Source of the DNA: an uncultured Candidatus Rokubacteria bacterium
Lineage (GTDB): Bacteria; Methylomirabilota; Methylomirabilia; Rokubacteriales; CSP1-6
Reading direction: 5' to 3'
Length of the DNA: 64,000 nt
Assembly (NCBI GenBank): GCA_963754315.1
Contig: CAVWFS010000018.1
Coordinates: forward strand, 320,001-384,000
In this document: one piece after another, positions 38,468 through 47,695 of the stretch
Numbering within the stretch: the stretch's first letter is position 1
Layout: every line of letters begins with the position of its first letter
Notes under the pieces: generated by a model
The model's database searches: none
What the model was told of the DNA's origin: nothing
The model's input: only the letters and a program-made list of their open reading frames with translations
Program-made: the position numbers and the translations under genes

Positions 38468-39220
38468 TCAGGGATTGTAGGGCGCCGTGCCGGGTTCGGC
38501 CTCGCCGTGGATGAATCGACGGATCACTGGGTTCGTCGAGCCCTGAATGACAGCGGGGGGGCCCGTTTCGATGATTCTCCCCTCGTGGAGCATCGCGACG
38601 GTGTCCACCACCGTGAAGATTTCAGGGATCTCGTGACTCACCATGATCGCGGTGAACCGACTCCGGCGGTGGAGGTCGCCGATCAGGTTATGAATGGTAT
38701 GGACCAGCACGGGGTCGAGGCCTGTGGTGGGCTCGTCGAAGAAGACGATCTCGGGTTCCGTGATCAGGGCGCGGGCGATGGCGACCCGCTTGCGCATCCC
38801 GCCCGAGACCTCGGCCGGATATTTGCCCCCGATCTCCGCCAGGCCGACCGCAGCCAAGACCGCCTGGACCCGCCGACGCACCTCGGCCCGGCCCACCCGG
38901 AACTTCTCCCGGAGGGGGAAGGCCACGTTGGCGGCGCACGTGAGGGAGTCGAAGAGGGCGCCTCCCTGGAAGACGACACCGTAGCGGCGGCGAATCGCGT
39001 CGAGCTCGTGGCCGGAGAGTCGGGTGATGTCCACGCCTTCCACCAGGATGCTGCCCGCATCAGGACGGAGAAGGCCGATGAGGTGGCGGAGCAGGACCGT
39101 CTTCCCGCCCCCGCTGCGCCCGATGACCCCGGTGATGGAACCAGTTGGAACCTCCAGGTCAATGCCGCGCAGCACGGGCTGGCCGCGAAAGGATTTGGTC
39201 AGCCCCTGGACCTTGATCAA
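38468..39220 (-). CDS. mlaF: MlaF-type ABC ATPase
   Basis: GRSGGGKT, VFQGGALFDS, SGGMRKRVAIARA, DEPTTGLDP. TTG start overlaps the mlaE stop. Confidence 0.9.
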   Translation of the reverse strand: MIKVQGLTKSFRGQPVLRGIDLEVPTGSITGVIGRSGGGKTVLLRHLIGLLRPDAGSILVEGVDITRLSGHELDAIRRRYGVVFQGGALFDSLTCAANVAFPLREKFRVGRAEVRRRVQAVLAAVGLAEIGGKYPAEVSGGMRKRVAIARALITEPEIVFFDEPTTGLDPVLVHTIHNLIGDLHRRSRFTAIMVSHEIPEIFTVVDTVAMLHEGRIIETGPPAVIQGSTNPVIRRFIHGEAEPGTAPYNP

Positions 39221-40014
39221 AACGGCAGCACGGAACCCATGAAATAGTCCCAGACGAGGATGAGCACGGAGGCGAGCACCACGGACTGGGTCGTCGCCCG
39301 CGCCACGCCTTCTGCACCATGACCGACGTAGAAGCCCTTGTAGGTGGCCACCCACGTCACGATCACGCCGAAGCTCAGCGATTTCCAGAAGCCAGTCAGG
39401 ATATCGCCCATGTCGACGAAGGTCTTGATTTCGCCGAAGTAGGTCCCACTCGAGAGGCCGAGCAGCTCGACGGCAATGAGGTGGCCCCCCAGCAGCCCCA
39501 TGGCGTCAAAAATGGCGGTGATGAGCGGAAAGGTCAACACGCCGGCCAGGATGGAGGGCGCAACCAAATAGCGCATCGGGTTGAGGGCCATCACGGTCAG
39601 GGCGTCGATCTGCTCGGTGATTCGCATGATGCCGATTTCCGCGGTGAGGGCCGAGCCGGCGCGTCCGGTCACCATGAGGGCGGACAACACAGGCCCCAGC
39701 TCACGGATGATGGAGATGGCCAGAGCTGGGCCCAGAAACGCTTCGGAGCCGAAACGAGTCAGAGTGAGATAGAGCTGCAGGGCGAGGACCATGCCCGTGA
39801 AGGCCCCCGTGAGCAGGATGATGATCAGCGATCTGTAGCCGATGAACTGGATGCGGCGCAGGAGCGCGCCAACCTTGAGGGGCGGGGTGAACAGGACCAG
39901 CACCGCCTCGCCCAGGAAGGCCCCGAAGCGCCCGAGGTTCTCGAGACCGGCGATGGTGGTGCGCCCGAGGGTCTCGAAGGGGCGCAGGAGCCAAGGCAAG
40001 GTGGTGTCGCTCAT
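39217..40014 (-). CDS. mlaE: MlaE-type ABC permease
   Basis: RELGPVL, GRAGSA..AEIGIMRITEQIDAL, GAEGVARATT. ATG overlaps the shc stop. Confidence 0.92.
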   Translation of the reverse strand: MSDTTLPWLLRPFETLGRTTIAGLENLGRFGAFLGEAVLVLFTPPLKVGALLRRIQFIGYRSLIIILLTGAFTGMVLALQLYLTLTRFGSEAFLGPALAISIIRELGPVLSALMVTGRAGSALTAEIGIMRITEQIDALTVMALNPMRYLVAPSILAGVLTFPLITAIFDAMGLLGGHLIAVELLGLSSGTYFGEIKTFVDMGDILTGFWKSLSFGVIVTWVATYKGFYVGHGAEGVARATTQSVVLASVLILVWDYFMGSVLPF

Positions 40015-41930
40015 GCTCCGGCACGCCGATACACGCCCAGCGCCCACAGCGGAAAGTACGCCGCATAGTAGTGGTATTTGAGGAAGAACACGCGGGGGAA
40101 TCCCGTGCCGTTCCAGAGAGGATCCTCCCAGGTGCCGGTCGGGCCCTGCGTCCGGAGTAAGTACTCGACGCCGCGCGCGACCGTCGGACCGCCGGTGATC
40201 CCGGCGGCGAACAGGCCCAGGAGCGCCCACGCCGTCTGGCTTGGCATCGACGGGCCCATGCCTGCCAACTCAGGCCGCCAGTAGCTGTCGCAGCGCTCGC
40301 CCCAGCCCCCGTCGGGATTCTGCCGACGCACGAGCCACTGGATGGCGCGCTGGACGTATTCCTGCCTCGGATCCTCGCCGATCGCCCGCAAGCCCCGGAG
40401 GACCGACCACGTGCCATAGATATAGTTGACGCCCCAGCGGCCATACCACGGCCCGTCGTGGCGCTGGGCTCGGCGGATCCAGGCTACGCCCCGCGCGGCG
40501 GGCTCGAACCGTACCGACATCCCGAACGCGCCCATCAGTTCCAGAACCCGCCCGGTCAGGTCTTCCGTTGATGGGTCGAGCAGAGCCCCGTGATCGGCGA
40601 ACGGAATGTTGTTCAGGTACAACCGGTTGTTGTCGGCCTCGAACGACGCCCAGCCCCCGTCGGTCCCCTGCATACCGAGCACCCACCCGAGGCCGCGCTC
40701 TTGGGCCGTCCGCGCGCGATCTGGATCGAGGCCGCGAATGTTGTCCAGGGCCATGAGGACCACCGCGGTGTCGTCGATATCGGGGTAGAAGTCGTTGGCG
40801 TATTGGAATGCCCAGCCGCCGGGCGGCGCGTGTGGCCGCTTCACCTGCCAGTCGCCCGGTACCAAGACTTGGCGGTCAAGCATCCACTCGCCGGCCCGCA
40901 CGAGGGCTGGGTGATCGGTACTGAATCCGCTCTCCACCAACGCCTTCACGACGAGGCAGGTGTCCCACACAGGCGACGGGCAGGGTTGGTAGTGCAGTTC
41001 GTCCCCGCGCTCGATGGCGAGGGCCTCGATCTCCTTGAGCTGACCCAGCACCAGCGGATGGTCGTCGGCATAGCCGAGCAACCGCATGGCGAGGACGGAG
41101 TTGACCATGGCCGGGAAGATTCCTCCGAGCCCTCCGGGGACGGCCAGTCGCTCTTCCAACCATTGACAGGCGGCGGCTACCGCTCGCTTGCGTAGGGGGC
41201 GGGGTGAGAAGCGCTCCCAGACCTTGAGCCCGTCGTCGACACCGATGAAGAAGCTCTTCCAGAACAACGCACGCCAGCCGAATGGCACGGGGCGGCGAGG
41301 GAAGCGCAGGCTCGTCCGCTCACGGGGCTGTGGCCACAGCTCGTCGAGGGACTGATGGGCCGGAAGCCAGCGCACCGGTTTTCGATCGAGGATGACCAGA
41401 AGGGGCACGATGACGGTGCGCGACCAATAGGAGATCTCGTAGAGATTGAAGAGGAAGAAGGGGCGGGGTAGCAGCATGATTTCGACGGGCATGGCCGGGA
41501 TGCCGTTCCAGTCGTACTCCCCGAAGAGGGCCAACTGGATCTTGGTGAAGACGTTGGCCTTGACCGGGCCGCCCATCGCCCGGATACGATCGCGCGCGCG
41601 GATCATGACCGGATCATCGACGGGCTCGCCCGCCATCTTCATGGCGAAGTACGCCTTGATGGTGGCCGACAGGTTGGCCGGGCCCTCTGCGTACAGGGTG
41701 AACCCCCCATCCGGGAGTTGCCGGCGTCGGAGGTAGCGGACCATCCGTCGATCCCGCTCGGGATTGGCGCGGTCGATCAGGTGGGAGAAGAGCAGGTACT
41801 CGCTGGTGATGGTGGTATCGGCTTCGAGCTCACCGACCCAGTGCCCATCCGGTTGTTGCTGCTGGAGGAGGTATCGCTGCGCCCGTTCGATCGCCGAATC
41901 GACCGTCGTCACGACCTCCGATGCTAACAT
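40011..41930 (-). CDS. shc: Squalene-hopene cyclase
   Basis: QW repeats, SPVWDT, catalytic YPDIDDTA, WYGRWGVNYIYGT, GTGFPRVF. Confidence 0.97.
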   Translation of the reverse strand: MLASEVVTTVDSAIERAQRYLLQQQQPDGHWVGELEADTTITSEYLLFSHLIDRANPERDRRMVRYLRRRQLPDGGFTLYAEGPANLSATIKAYFAMKMAGEPVDDPVMIRARDRIRAMGGPVKANVFTKIQLALFGEYDWNGIPAMPVEIMLLPRPFFLFNLYEISYWSRTVIVPLLVILDRKPVRWLPAHQSLDELWPQPRERTSLRFPRRPVPFGWRALFWKSFFIGVDDGLKVWERFSPRPLRKRAVAAACQWLEERLAVPGGLGGIFPAMVNSVLAMRLLGYADDHPLVLGQLKEIEALAIERGDELHYQPCPSPVWDTCLVVKALVESGFSTDHPALVRAGEWMLDRQVLVPGDWQVKRPHAPPGGWAFQYANDFYPDIDDTAVVLMALDNIRGLDPDRARTAQERGLGWVLGMQGTDGGWASFEADNNRLYLNNIPFADHGALLDPSTEDLTGRVLELMGAFGMSVRFEPAARGVAWIRRAQRHDGPWYGRWGVNYIYGTWSVLRGLRAIGEDPRQEYVQRAIQWLVRRQNPDGGWGERCDSYWRPELAGMGPSMPSQTAWALLGLFAAGITGGPTVARGVEYLLRTQGPTGTWEDPLWNGTGFPRVFFLKYHYYAAYFPLWALGVYRRAGA

Positions 41931-41952
41931 GGCACGAGAACCTCACGAAGCC

Positions 41953-42700
41953 ATGGACCTCGTGATCGGCACCATCCTCCTCCGTCCCTACGTGTTCGGC
42001 TTTCTGCTGGCGTTCGTCGCGGCCGCCCTCGCTGACCTCGGTGGGCGCCGAGCACTGGTGTTCGTTGTGTCGGTGTGGCCAGTGGCGTGGCTGGCGGAAT
42101 TCGCCTCCACCCGGGTGGGCATTCCGTTTGGCCTGTACCACTACACGGAGGCCACGCGCGGACAGGAACTCTACATCGCCAACGTGCCCTTCTTCGACTC
42201 GCTCTCGTTCGTGTTTCTCGCCTACGCAGCGTTCTGCGTTGCTCGCTTGATCGTGGGAGGAGAGCCCGGGCCCTTCACCATGGCGAAGCTGGCCTTGGTT
42301 TCCGGGATTCTCATGATGCTGCTCGATGTCGTTATCGACCCCCTCGCGGTGCGGGGTGACCGCTGGTTCCTCGGGCGCATCTTCTACTACCCGGCCGGCG
42401 GCGCCTACTTCGGGGTGCCGGTCTCCAACTTTGTGGGTTGGGTTACGGTGGGTACGATCGGGGTGGGGCTGTACCTGCTCAGGGCGGGACCTGCCCCCAG
42501 AAGGGCGGGTCTGGCCGGGCATCGCGTTATACTACGGGGTATTGGCGTTCAATTTGTCGGTCACCGTGTGGATCGGTGAGTGGGCGCTGGCTGTACTCGG
42601 CTTCCTCATCCACGCGGTGGTTGCGGTGGGCTTGAGAGTGGGCTGTCAACGCGGAGCGCGCCAGCCCCGGCCCCTGAGGAAGGATCTGCAGGAGGTATGA
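41953..42700 (+). CDS. Carotenoid biosynthesis/CruF-like membrane protein (frameshift near 42500)
   Basis: GIPFGLYHY, LDVVIDPLAV, YFGVPVSNFVGW. The C-terminal TMs continue in the 42326-42700 frame, whose stop overlaps the hpnH ATG. Confidence 0.75.
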
Positions 42701-43716
42701 GTGTCCCCCTATCCCAAATGTGGACGGTCAGCACCTACGTGCTCGGCCAGAAGCTGCGAGGGCGCAAGCGCTATCCGCTCGTGCTCATGCTCGAGCCCCT
42801 TTTCCGCTGCAATCTGGCCTGCGCCGGATGCGGCAAGATCCAGTACCCCGCCCATATCTTAAAGAAGCAGCTGACCCTCGAGCAGTGCCTGAGCGCCGTG
42901 GACGAATGCGGGACGCCGATGGTCTCCATCCCGGGCGGTGAGCCCCTGATGTATCCGCATATTGGCCGCCTAGTCGAGGAGTTGGTCAAGCGCAAGAAGT
43001 ACGTCTACCTCTGCACCAATGCCATCCTCCTCAAAGAGAAGCTGGAAGGGGGGGTGTTCACGCCGTCGAAGTACCTCAGCTTCAGCGTCCACATGGATGG
43101 GTTGCGCGAAGAGCATGACGATTCGGTCTGTCGGGAAGGTGTCTACGACGAAGCGGTGGCGGCGATCCGAGAGGCGGTTCGTCAGGGCTTCCGGGTGACC
43201 ACCAACACGACCGTGTTCGACGGCACCTCGCCCATGCGGATGCGACAGTTCTTCGGGGAAATGATGGACCTGGGGGTGGAGGGCATGATGCTCTCCCCGG
43301 GCTATAGCTACTCGAAGGCGCCCGACCAGGAGCATTTCCTGCGGCGTCAGAAGACGCGAGATCTGTTCTCCTCAATGCTCTCCCGACCCGACAAGCGCTG
43401 GAAGTTCAACCAGTCGCCCATCTTCCTGCAGTTCCTGATGGGCAAGCGCGATTTTGAATGCATGCCGTGGGGAATGCCGGCCTACAACATCTTCGGCTGG
43501 CAGCGTCCGTGCTATCTCCTCCAGGAAGGCTACGCGGCAACCTTCCAGGAACTCATGGATACCACACGCTGGGACAACTATGGTCGCGCCAGCGGCAACG
43601 AGAAGTGCCAGGACTGCATGGTGCACTGCGGCTATGAGACCACGGCCGTGGACTACACGTTCAGTTCCTGGCGCGGGCTGCGCGAGACGGTCACGGCCAC
43701 CCTCGGCTCGCCCTGA
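42697..43716 (+). CDS. hpnH: Adenosyl-hopene transferase, radical SAM
   Basis: YPLVLMLEPLFRCNLACAGCGKI, GGEPL, GWQRPCYL, KCQDCMVHCGYE. Confidence 0.95.
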   Translation: MSVPLSQMWTVSTYVLGQKLRGRKRYPLVLMLEPLFRCNLACAGCGKIQYPAHILKKQLTLEQCLSAVDECGTPMVSIPGGEPLMYPHIGRLVEELVKRKKYVYLCTNAILLKEKLEGGVFTPSKYLSFSVHMDGLREEHDDSVCREGVYDEAVAAIREAVRQGFRVTTNTTVFDGTSPMRMRQFFGEMMDLGVEGMMLSPGYSYSKAPDQEHFLRRQKTRDLFSSMLSRPDKRWKFNQSPIFLQFLMGKRDFECMPWGMPAYNIFGWQRPCYLLQEGYAATFQELMDTTRWDNYGRASGNEKCQDCMVHCGYETTAVDYTFSSWRGLRETVTATLGSP

Positions 43717-44096
43717 TGGCGACCTCGGAGGGACCGTCGCGCGGTGGCAGTCTCGAGGGCTGGCTGGCCGAGGTCACTGACGCCAGTGGCCTCGTCGAGA
43801 TCGTCGAGAAGGCGTTCGATTACCGGGGTGACGTGACGGTGGTGACTCGGGATGGAGGTCGCCAAGTCGGCTATCTCTTCAACCGTAACCGCGATGTATC
43901 CCACCCGTTCGTGCAGATGCTCCCGACCGCTGGTGGTCCCGTCGAGTCCATTCTCTACGCCGACATCCTTAGCATCACGTTCACGGGCAAGGACACCGCG
44001 AGCGGCAAGTCGTACGCGGCTTGGCGTAAGCGCAAGGAGGCCGAGCGCACCGGGGGGATCCTGCCACCGGATCCACCGTCCGCCACCGACGGGTGA
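43716..44096 (+). CDS. Conserved hypothetical protein in hopanoid operon
   Basis: 126 aa, start and stop overlap hpnH and hpnG. Motifs AFDYRGDVTV and FTGKDTASGKSY. Confidence 0.7.
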   Translation: MATSEGPSRGGSLEGWLAEVTDASGLVEIVEKAFDYRGDVTVVTRDGGRQVGYLFNRNRDVSHPFVQMLPTAGGPVESILYADILSITFTGKDTASGKSYAAWRKRKEAERTGGILPPDPPSATDG

Positions 44097-44770
44097 GTCG
44101 GATTCTCGTTGTCACTGCCGTTGCCGTGGAGGCGCGCGGACTGGCCCGCCATCTCGGTCTGGGGCATTCTGTTTCCGGCCGCGCGCGCCGCTATGGTGGC
44201 CCCGGCGTCGACCTCGTCTGCGGGGGCCCGCGGGCGCGGGGTCTGAACGAGCTCACCCCTCTGGCCCGCGGCGCCGCGCTCGTCGTGTCCGCCGGCACCT
44301 GTGGAGCGCTGGCTCCCCACCTCGACGAGGGAGACTTGGTGGTACCGCAGGTGGTGCTGAGTCCGGTCGGGCGGCGGCACCTCGTGCCGACAAGCGGCCG
44401 GCTTGCCCCGACGGGGACCTTGCTCACCGTGAACGCCGTGGTGGAGACACGAGAAGAGAAGGTGCGGCTCTGGCGCCAGACGGCGGCCCTGGCCGTGGAC
44501 ATGGAGTCTTCGATGATCATCGAGTGGGCTGCGACCCTCGGGATTCCCGCGGCGGTCGTTCGGGGTGTAGCAGACACGGCGGTAAGGGGAGTCCCCGCCC
44601 TCTTCGCCGAGGCACTCGACGAGCACGGCCGCGTCCGGATGGGGCACGCCTCGCGGATGCTTCTCGTCCGGCCCCGGGTGCTCGCGGAGGCCCTCGTGCT
44701 ACGCCGGGGGACGGCGGCTGCCCTCAGGAGCGTGGCGACGGCTCTGCGCGTCCTCACGCCGTCAGGGTGA
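44093..44770 (+). CDS. hpnG: Hopanoid-associated nucleoside phosphorylase
   Basis: SAGTCGAL, AVDMES, VRGVADT (PNP/UDP fold). Follows hpnH. Confidence 0.8.
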   Translation: MSRILVVTAVAVEARGLARHLGLGHSVSGRARRYGGPGVDLVCGGPRARGLNELTPLARGAALVVSAGTCGALAPHLDEGDLVVPQVVLSPVGRRHLVPTSGRLAPTGTLLTVNAVVETREEKVRLWRQTAALAVDMESSMIIEWAATLGIPAAVVRGVADTAVRGVPALFAEALDEHGRVRMGHASRMLLVRPRVLAEALVLRRGTAAALRSVATALRVLTPSG

Positions 44771-44771
44771 T

Positions 44772-45795
44772 ATGGACGCGCTTGTCACCGGTGCCACCGG
44801 CTTCGTGGGCGCCAATCTCGTGCGCGAGTTGCTCGGGGCGGGGATGACCGTGCGCGCCCTCGCTCGCCGTGGCAGCGATCGGCGAGCGCTGGCGGGCTTG
44901 CCCGTTGAGATCGAGGAAGGCGACTTGCTCGACCGCGCCTCGCTGCGCCGGGCCGTGGCTGGTGTGCGCCATCTCTATCATGTGGCCGCCGACTACCGCC
45001 TGTGGGCGCGTCATCCCGAGGAGATCTATCGGTCCAACGTGGACGGAACCCGCGCGATTCTCGAGGAGGCCGTGCAGGCCGGGACCCAGCGCATCGTCTA
45101 CACCTCCACCGTGGGCGCGCTGGGGCTCCCGAAGGATGGCTCGCCGGGCACGGAGGACACCCCGGTACGGCTCGAGGACATGGTGGGGCCGTACAAGCGC
45201 TCGAAGTTCTTAGCCGAGCAAGTTGCCCTAGAGCTTGCCAGCCGCGGCGCGCCCTTGGTGGTGGTCAATCCCTCCGCTCCGGTGGGACCGTGGGACATCA
45301 AGCCCACGCCGACTGGCCAGATGGTGGTCGACTTCATGCGCGGCAAGATGTTCGCCACCATGGATACCGGGCTCAACCTCGTGCACGTGCGGGATGTTGC
45401 CCGGGGCCATCTGCTGGCCGCTGAGCGCGGGAGGATCGGCGAGAAATACGTTCTCGGTCACCAGAACGTCTCGCTGCACACCATCGGCTCACTGCTGGCG
45501 GAGGTCACCGGCGTGCCGCCTCCACGCTGGCGCGTGCCATACGGGGTAGCGTGGGGCGGAGCGCTCTGCCTGGAGACCGTCGCGCGCCTCACCGGAGAGG
45601 CCCCGCGCGTGTCCTTGACCGCCGTGCGCATGGCGAGAAAACGCATGTATTTCAGCACGGCCAAGGCCGTGCGCGAGCTGGGACTTCCCCAGACGGACAT
45701 CGGGATCGCCCTCGGCGACGCGGTCGCGTGGTTCGCCCAGCACGGGTACGCTCCGCTCGATGCCGCGCCGGCGGCCGGCTCCCCCGGCGGCGTGA
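44772..45795 (+). CDS. hpnA: Hopanoid-associated sugar epimerase/NAD-dependent dehydratase (reads into hpnD as sequenced)
   Basis: VTGATGFVG, HVAADYRLW, YKRSK, DIKPTPTG. Removing one C from the run at 45781-45785 would stop the gene at TGA 45793-45795. Confidence 0.88.
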
Positions 45796-45797
45796 GG

Positions 45798-46667
45798 ATG
45801 CGTCCGGCCGACCTCGTGGCCCGTATCACCCGCCGCAGCCGTTCGAACTTCTTCTATGGTTTCCTGGCCCTCCCCCGGCCCCGCCGGGACGCGCTCTACG
45901 CGGTGTACGCGTTCTGCCGCACGGTGGACGACATCGCGGATCTTGGCCAGGAGCGCGGAGACGATCCGGTCGTCCTGCGCGAGGCACTCGGACGATGGCG
46001 TCACGAGGTGTCGCGCTGCTTCACCGCGACGGGAGAGCTCGACGATCCCATCGCCCGGCGGCTGCAGGCCGCGGTGCGCGCCTATCCGATTCCCCGCGCG
46101 GCTCTGGAAGCGATCATCGATGGGGTGGAAAGCGACCTCGAGCGACCCACATACCAGACCGCCGAGGATCTCTATCCGTATTGCTATCGCGTGGCCTCGG
46201 CGGTGGGGTTGTGCGCCATCGAGATCTTCGGCTACACCGATCCACGCGCACGGCAGTATGCCATCGACCTCGGGATGGCGCTCCAGCTCACCAACATCAT
46301 GCGCGACGTGGGCACGGACGTCCGGGCCGGCCGTGTCTATTTGCCCCAGGCCGATCTGCGCGCGTTCGGGGTGTCAGTCGAGGATCTGCACCAGGCGCGC
46401 TACGACGATGCCGTCGTTCGCCTCATGGAGCATCAGGCCGAACGCGCACGCAGCTTCTTCCGCGCGGCGTGGCAGAGCTATCCGTCACGAGACGCGCGGT
46501 CGCTCGTCCCTGCCGAGATCATGGGTCGGATCTACTTTGCCCTGCTCGAAGAGATCGAAGCGCGCCGTTTCCGCGTCTTCCACGAGCGGATCACCCTGTC
46601 CACCTCGCGCAAGGTGGCCGTCGCCGTCGGATGCTGGCTACGCGCCCGCATGCCGCGCGCCGCCTGA
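45798..46667 (+). CDS. hpnD: Presqualene diphosphate synthase / squalene-phytoene synthase family
   Basis: SNFFYGF, YAFCRTVDDIAD, YCYRVASAVG, LQLTNIMRDV, GRVYLP. Confidence 0.85.
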   Translation: MRPADLVARITRRSRSNFFYGFLALPRPRRDALYAVYAFCRTVDDIADLGQERGDDPVVLREALGRWRHEVSRCFTATGELDDPIARRLQAAVRAYPIPRAALEAIIDGVESDLERPTYQTAEDLYPYCYRVASAVGLCAIEIFGYTDPRARQYAIDLGMALQLTNIMRDVGTDVRAGRVYLPQADLRAFGVSVEDLHQARYDDAVVRLMEHQAERARSFFRAAWQSYPSRDARSLVPAEIMGRIYFALLEEIEARRFRVFHERITLSTSRKVAVAVGCWLRARMPRAA

Positions 46668-46687
46668 CGCATGGCGCTGACCCACTC

Positions 46688-47695
46688 ATGAGGGCGGCGG
46701 TGTTGCGCGGGGCAGGTAGGCTGGCCGCCGAGGACTGGCCGTGCCCCTCCGTTGGCGAGGGTGAGCTGTTGCTGAGACTTCGGGGCTGCGGCCTCTGCGG
46801 CTCCGACATCGCGAAGATCGTCGCACCGCGCACGGCAGCCCCTCAGGTTCTCGGGCACGAGGTGGTCGGAGAAGTGGTCGCGGCCGGGGCCGGCGCACCC
46901 TTTGCGCTCGGGGAGCGCGTGGTGGCCGCCCACCACGTGCCGTGCGCGGACTGTCACTACTGCCGGCGCGGCAGCCCATCGATGTGTCGCCGCTTCAAGG
47001 AGAGCAACCTCGACCCCGGGGGGTTCGCCGAGTATGTGCGGGTGCCATTCGCCAATGTGCAGCACGCTACCTTCCGGATTCCCGGGCACGTGAGCGACGA
47101 GCAAGCGTCGTTCGTGGAACCCCTGGCATGTTGCCTGCGCGCCGTCAAGCGTGCGCGCGTTGAGGTCGGGGACACGGTGGTGGTGGTTGGCCTGGGCTCG
47201 ATTGGGTGTTTGTTCGTCCAGCTGTTCAAGCGTGTGGGGGCGATCGTGGCCGGCGCCGATCTTCTGCCGGCACGAGCCGGCCTCGCCCTCAGCCTGGGGG
47301 CCGATGCGGCAGGAAGTGCGGCGGCGGCGGCCGCGGCCGCCCGTGAGGCCAGCGCCGGGCGCGGGGCGGACCATGTCATCGTCACCGGTGGTGGTCCGGC
47401 GGTCTTGCCGTGGGCGGCCGACACCGTCCGGGATGGCGGAGTGATTCACGTCTTTGCAGGGGGGGAGGGCGAGAACCTGCCCCTGACCCTCCATGCTCTG
47501 TACGCGCGCGAGCTGACATTGATGACGACCTATTCATCGTCACCCGTCGAGCTGAGCGAAGCCTTCGATCTGATCGTTCACGACAAGGTCCGCACGGCAG
47601 AGTTGGTGAGCCATCGACTGCCCCTCGCCCGGCTCGCGGACGCGGTGGCTCTCGTGCAGAGCCACGAAGCCCTCAAGGTCTACCTCACGCCATGA
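46688..47695 (+). CDS. Zn-dependent medium-chain dehydrogenase (polyol/threonine dehydrogenase-like) 1
   Basis: CGLCGSD, GHE, CADCHYC...C, EPLACC, GLGSIG. Confidence 0.9.
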   Translation: MRAAVLRGAGRLAAEDWPCPSVGEGELLLRLRGCGLCGSDIAKIVAPRTAAPQVLGHEVVGEVVAAGAGAPFALGERVVAAHHVPCADCHYCRRGSPSMCRRFKESNLDPGGFAEYVRVPFANVQHATFRIPGHVSDEQASFVEPLACCLRAVKRARVEVGDTVVVVGLGSIGCLFVQLFKRVGAIVAGADLLPARAGLALSLGADAAGSAAAAAAAAREASAGRGADHVIVTGGGPAVLPWAADTVRDGGVIHVFAGGEGENLPLTLHALYARELTLMTTYSSSPVELSEAFDLIVHDKVRTAELVSHRLPLARLADAVALVQSHEALKVYLTP

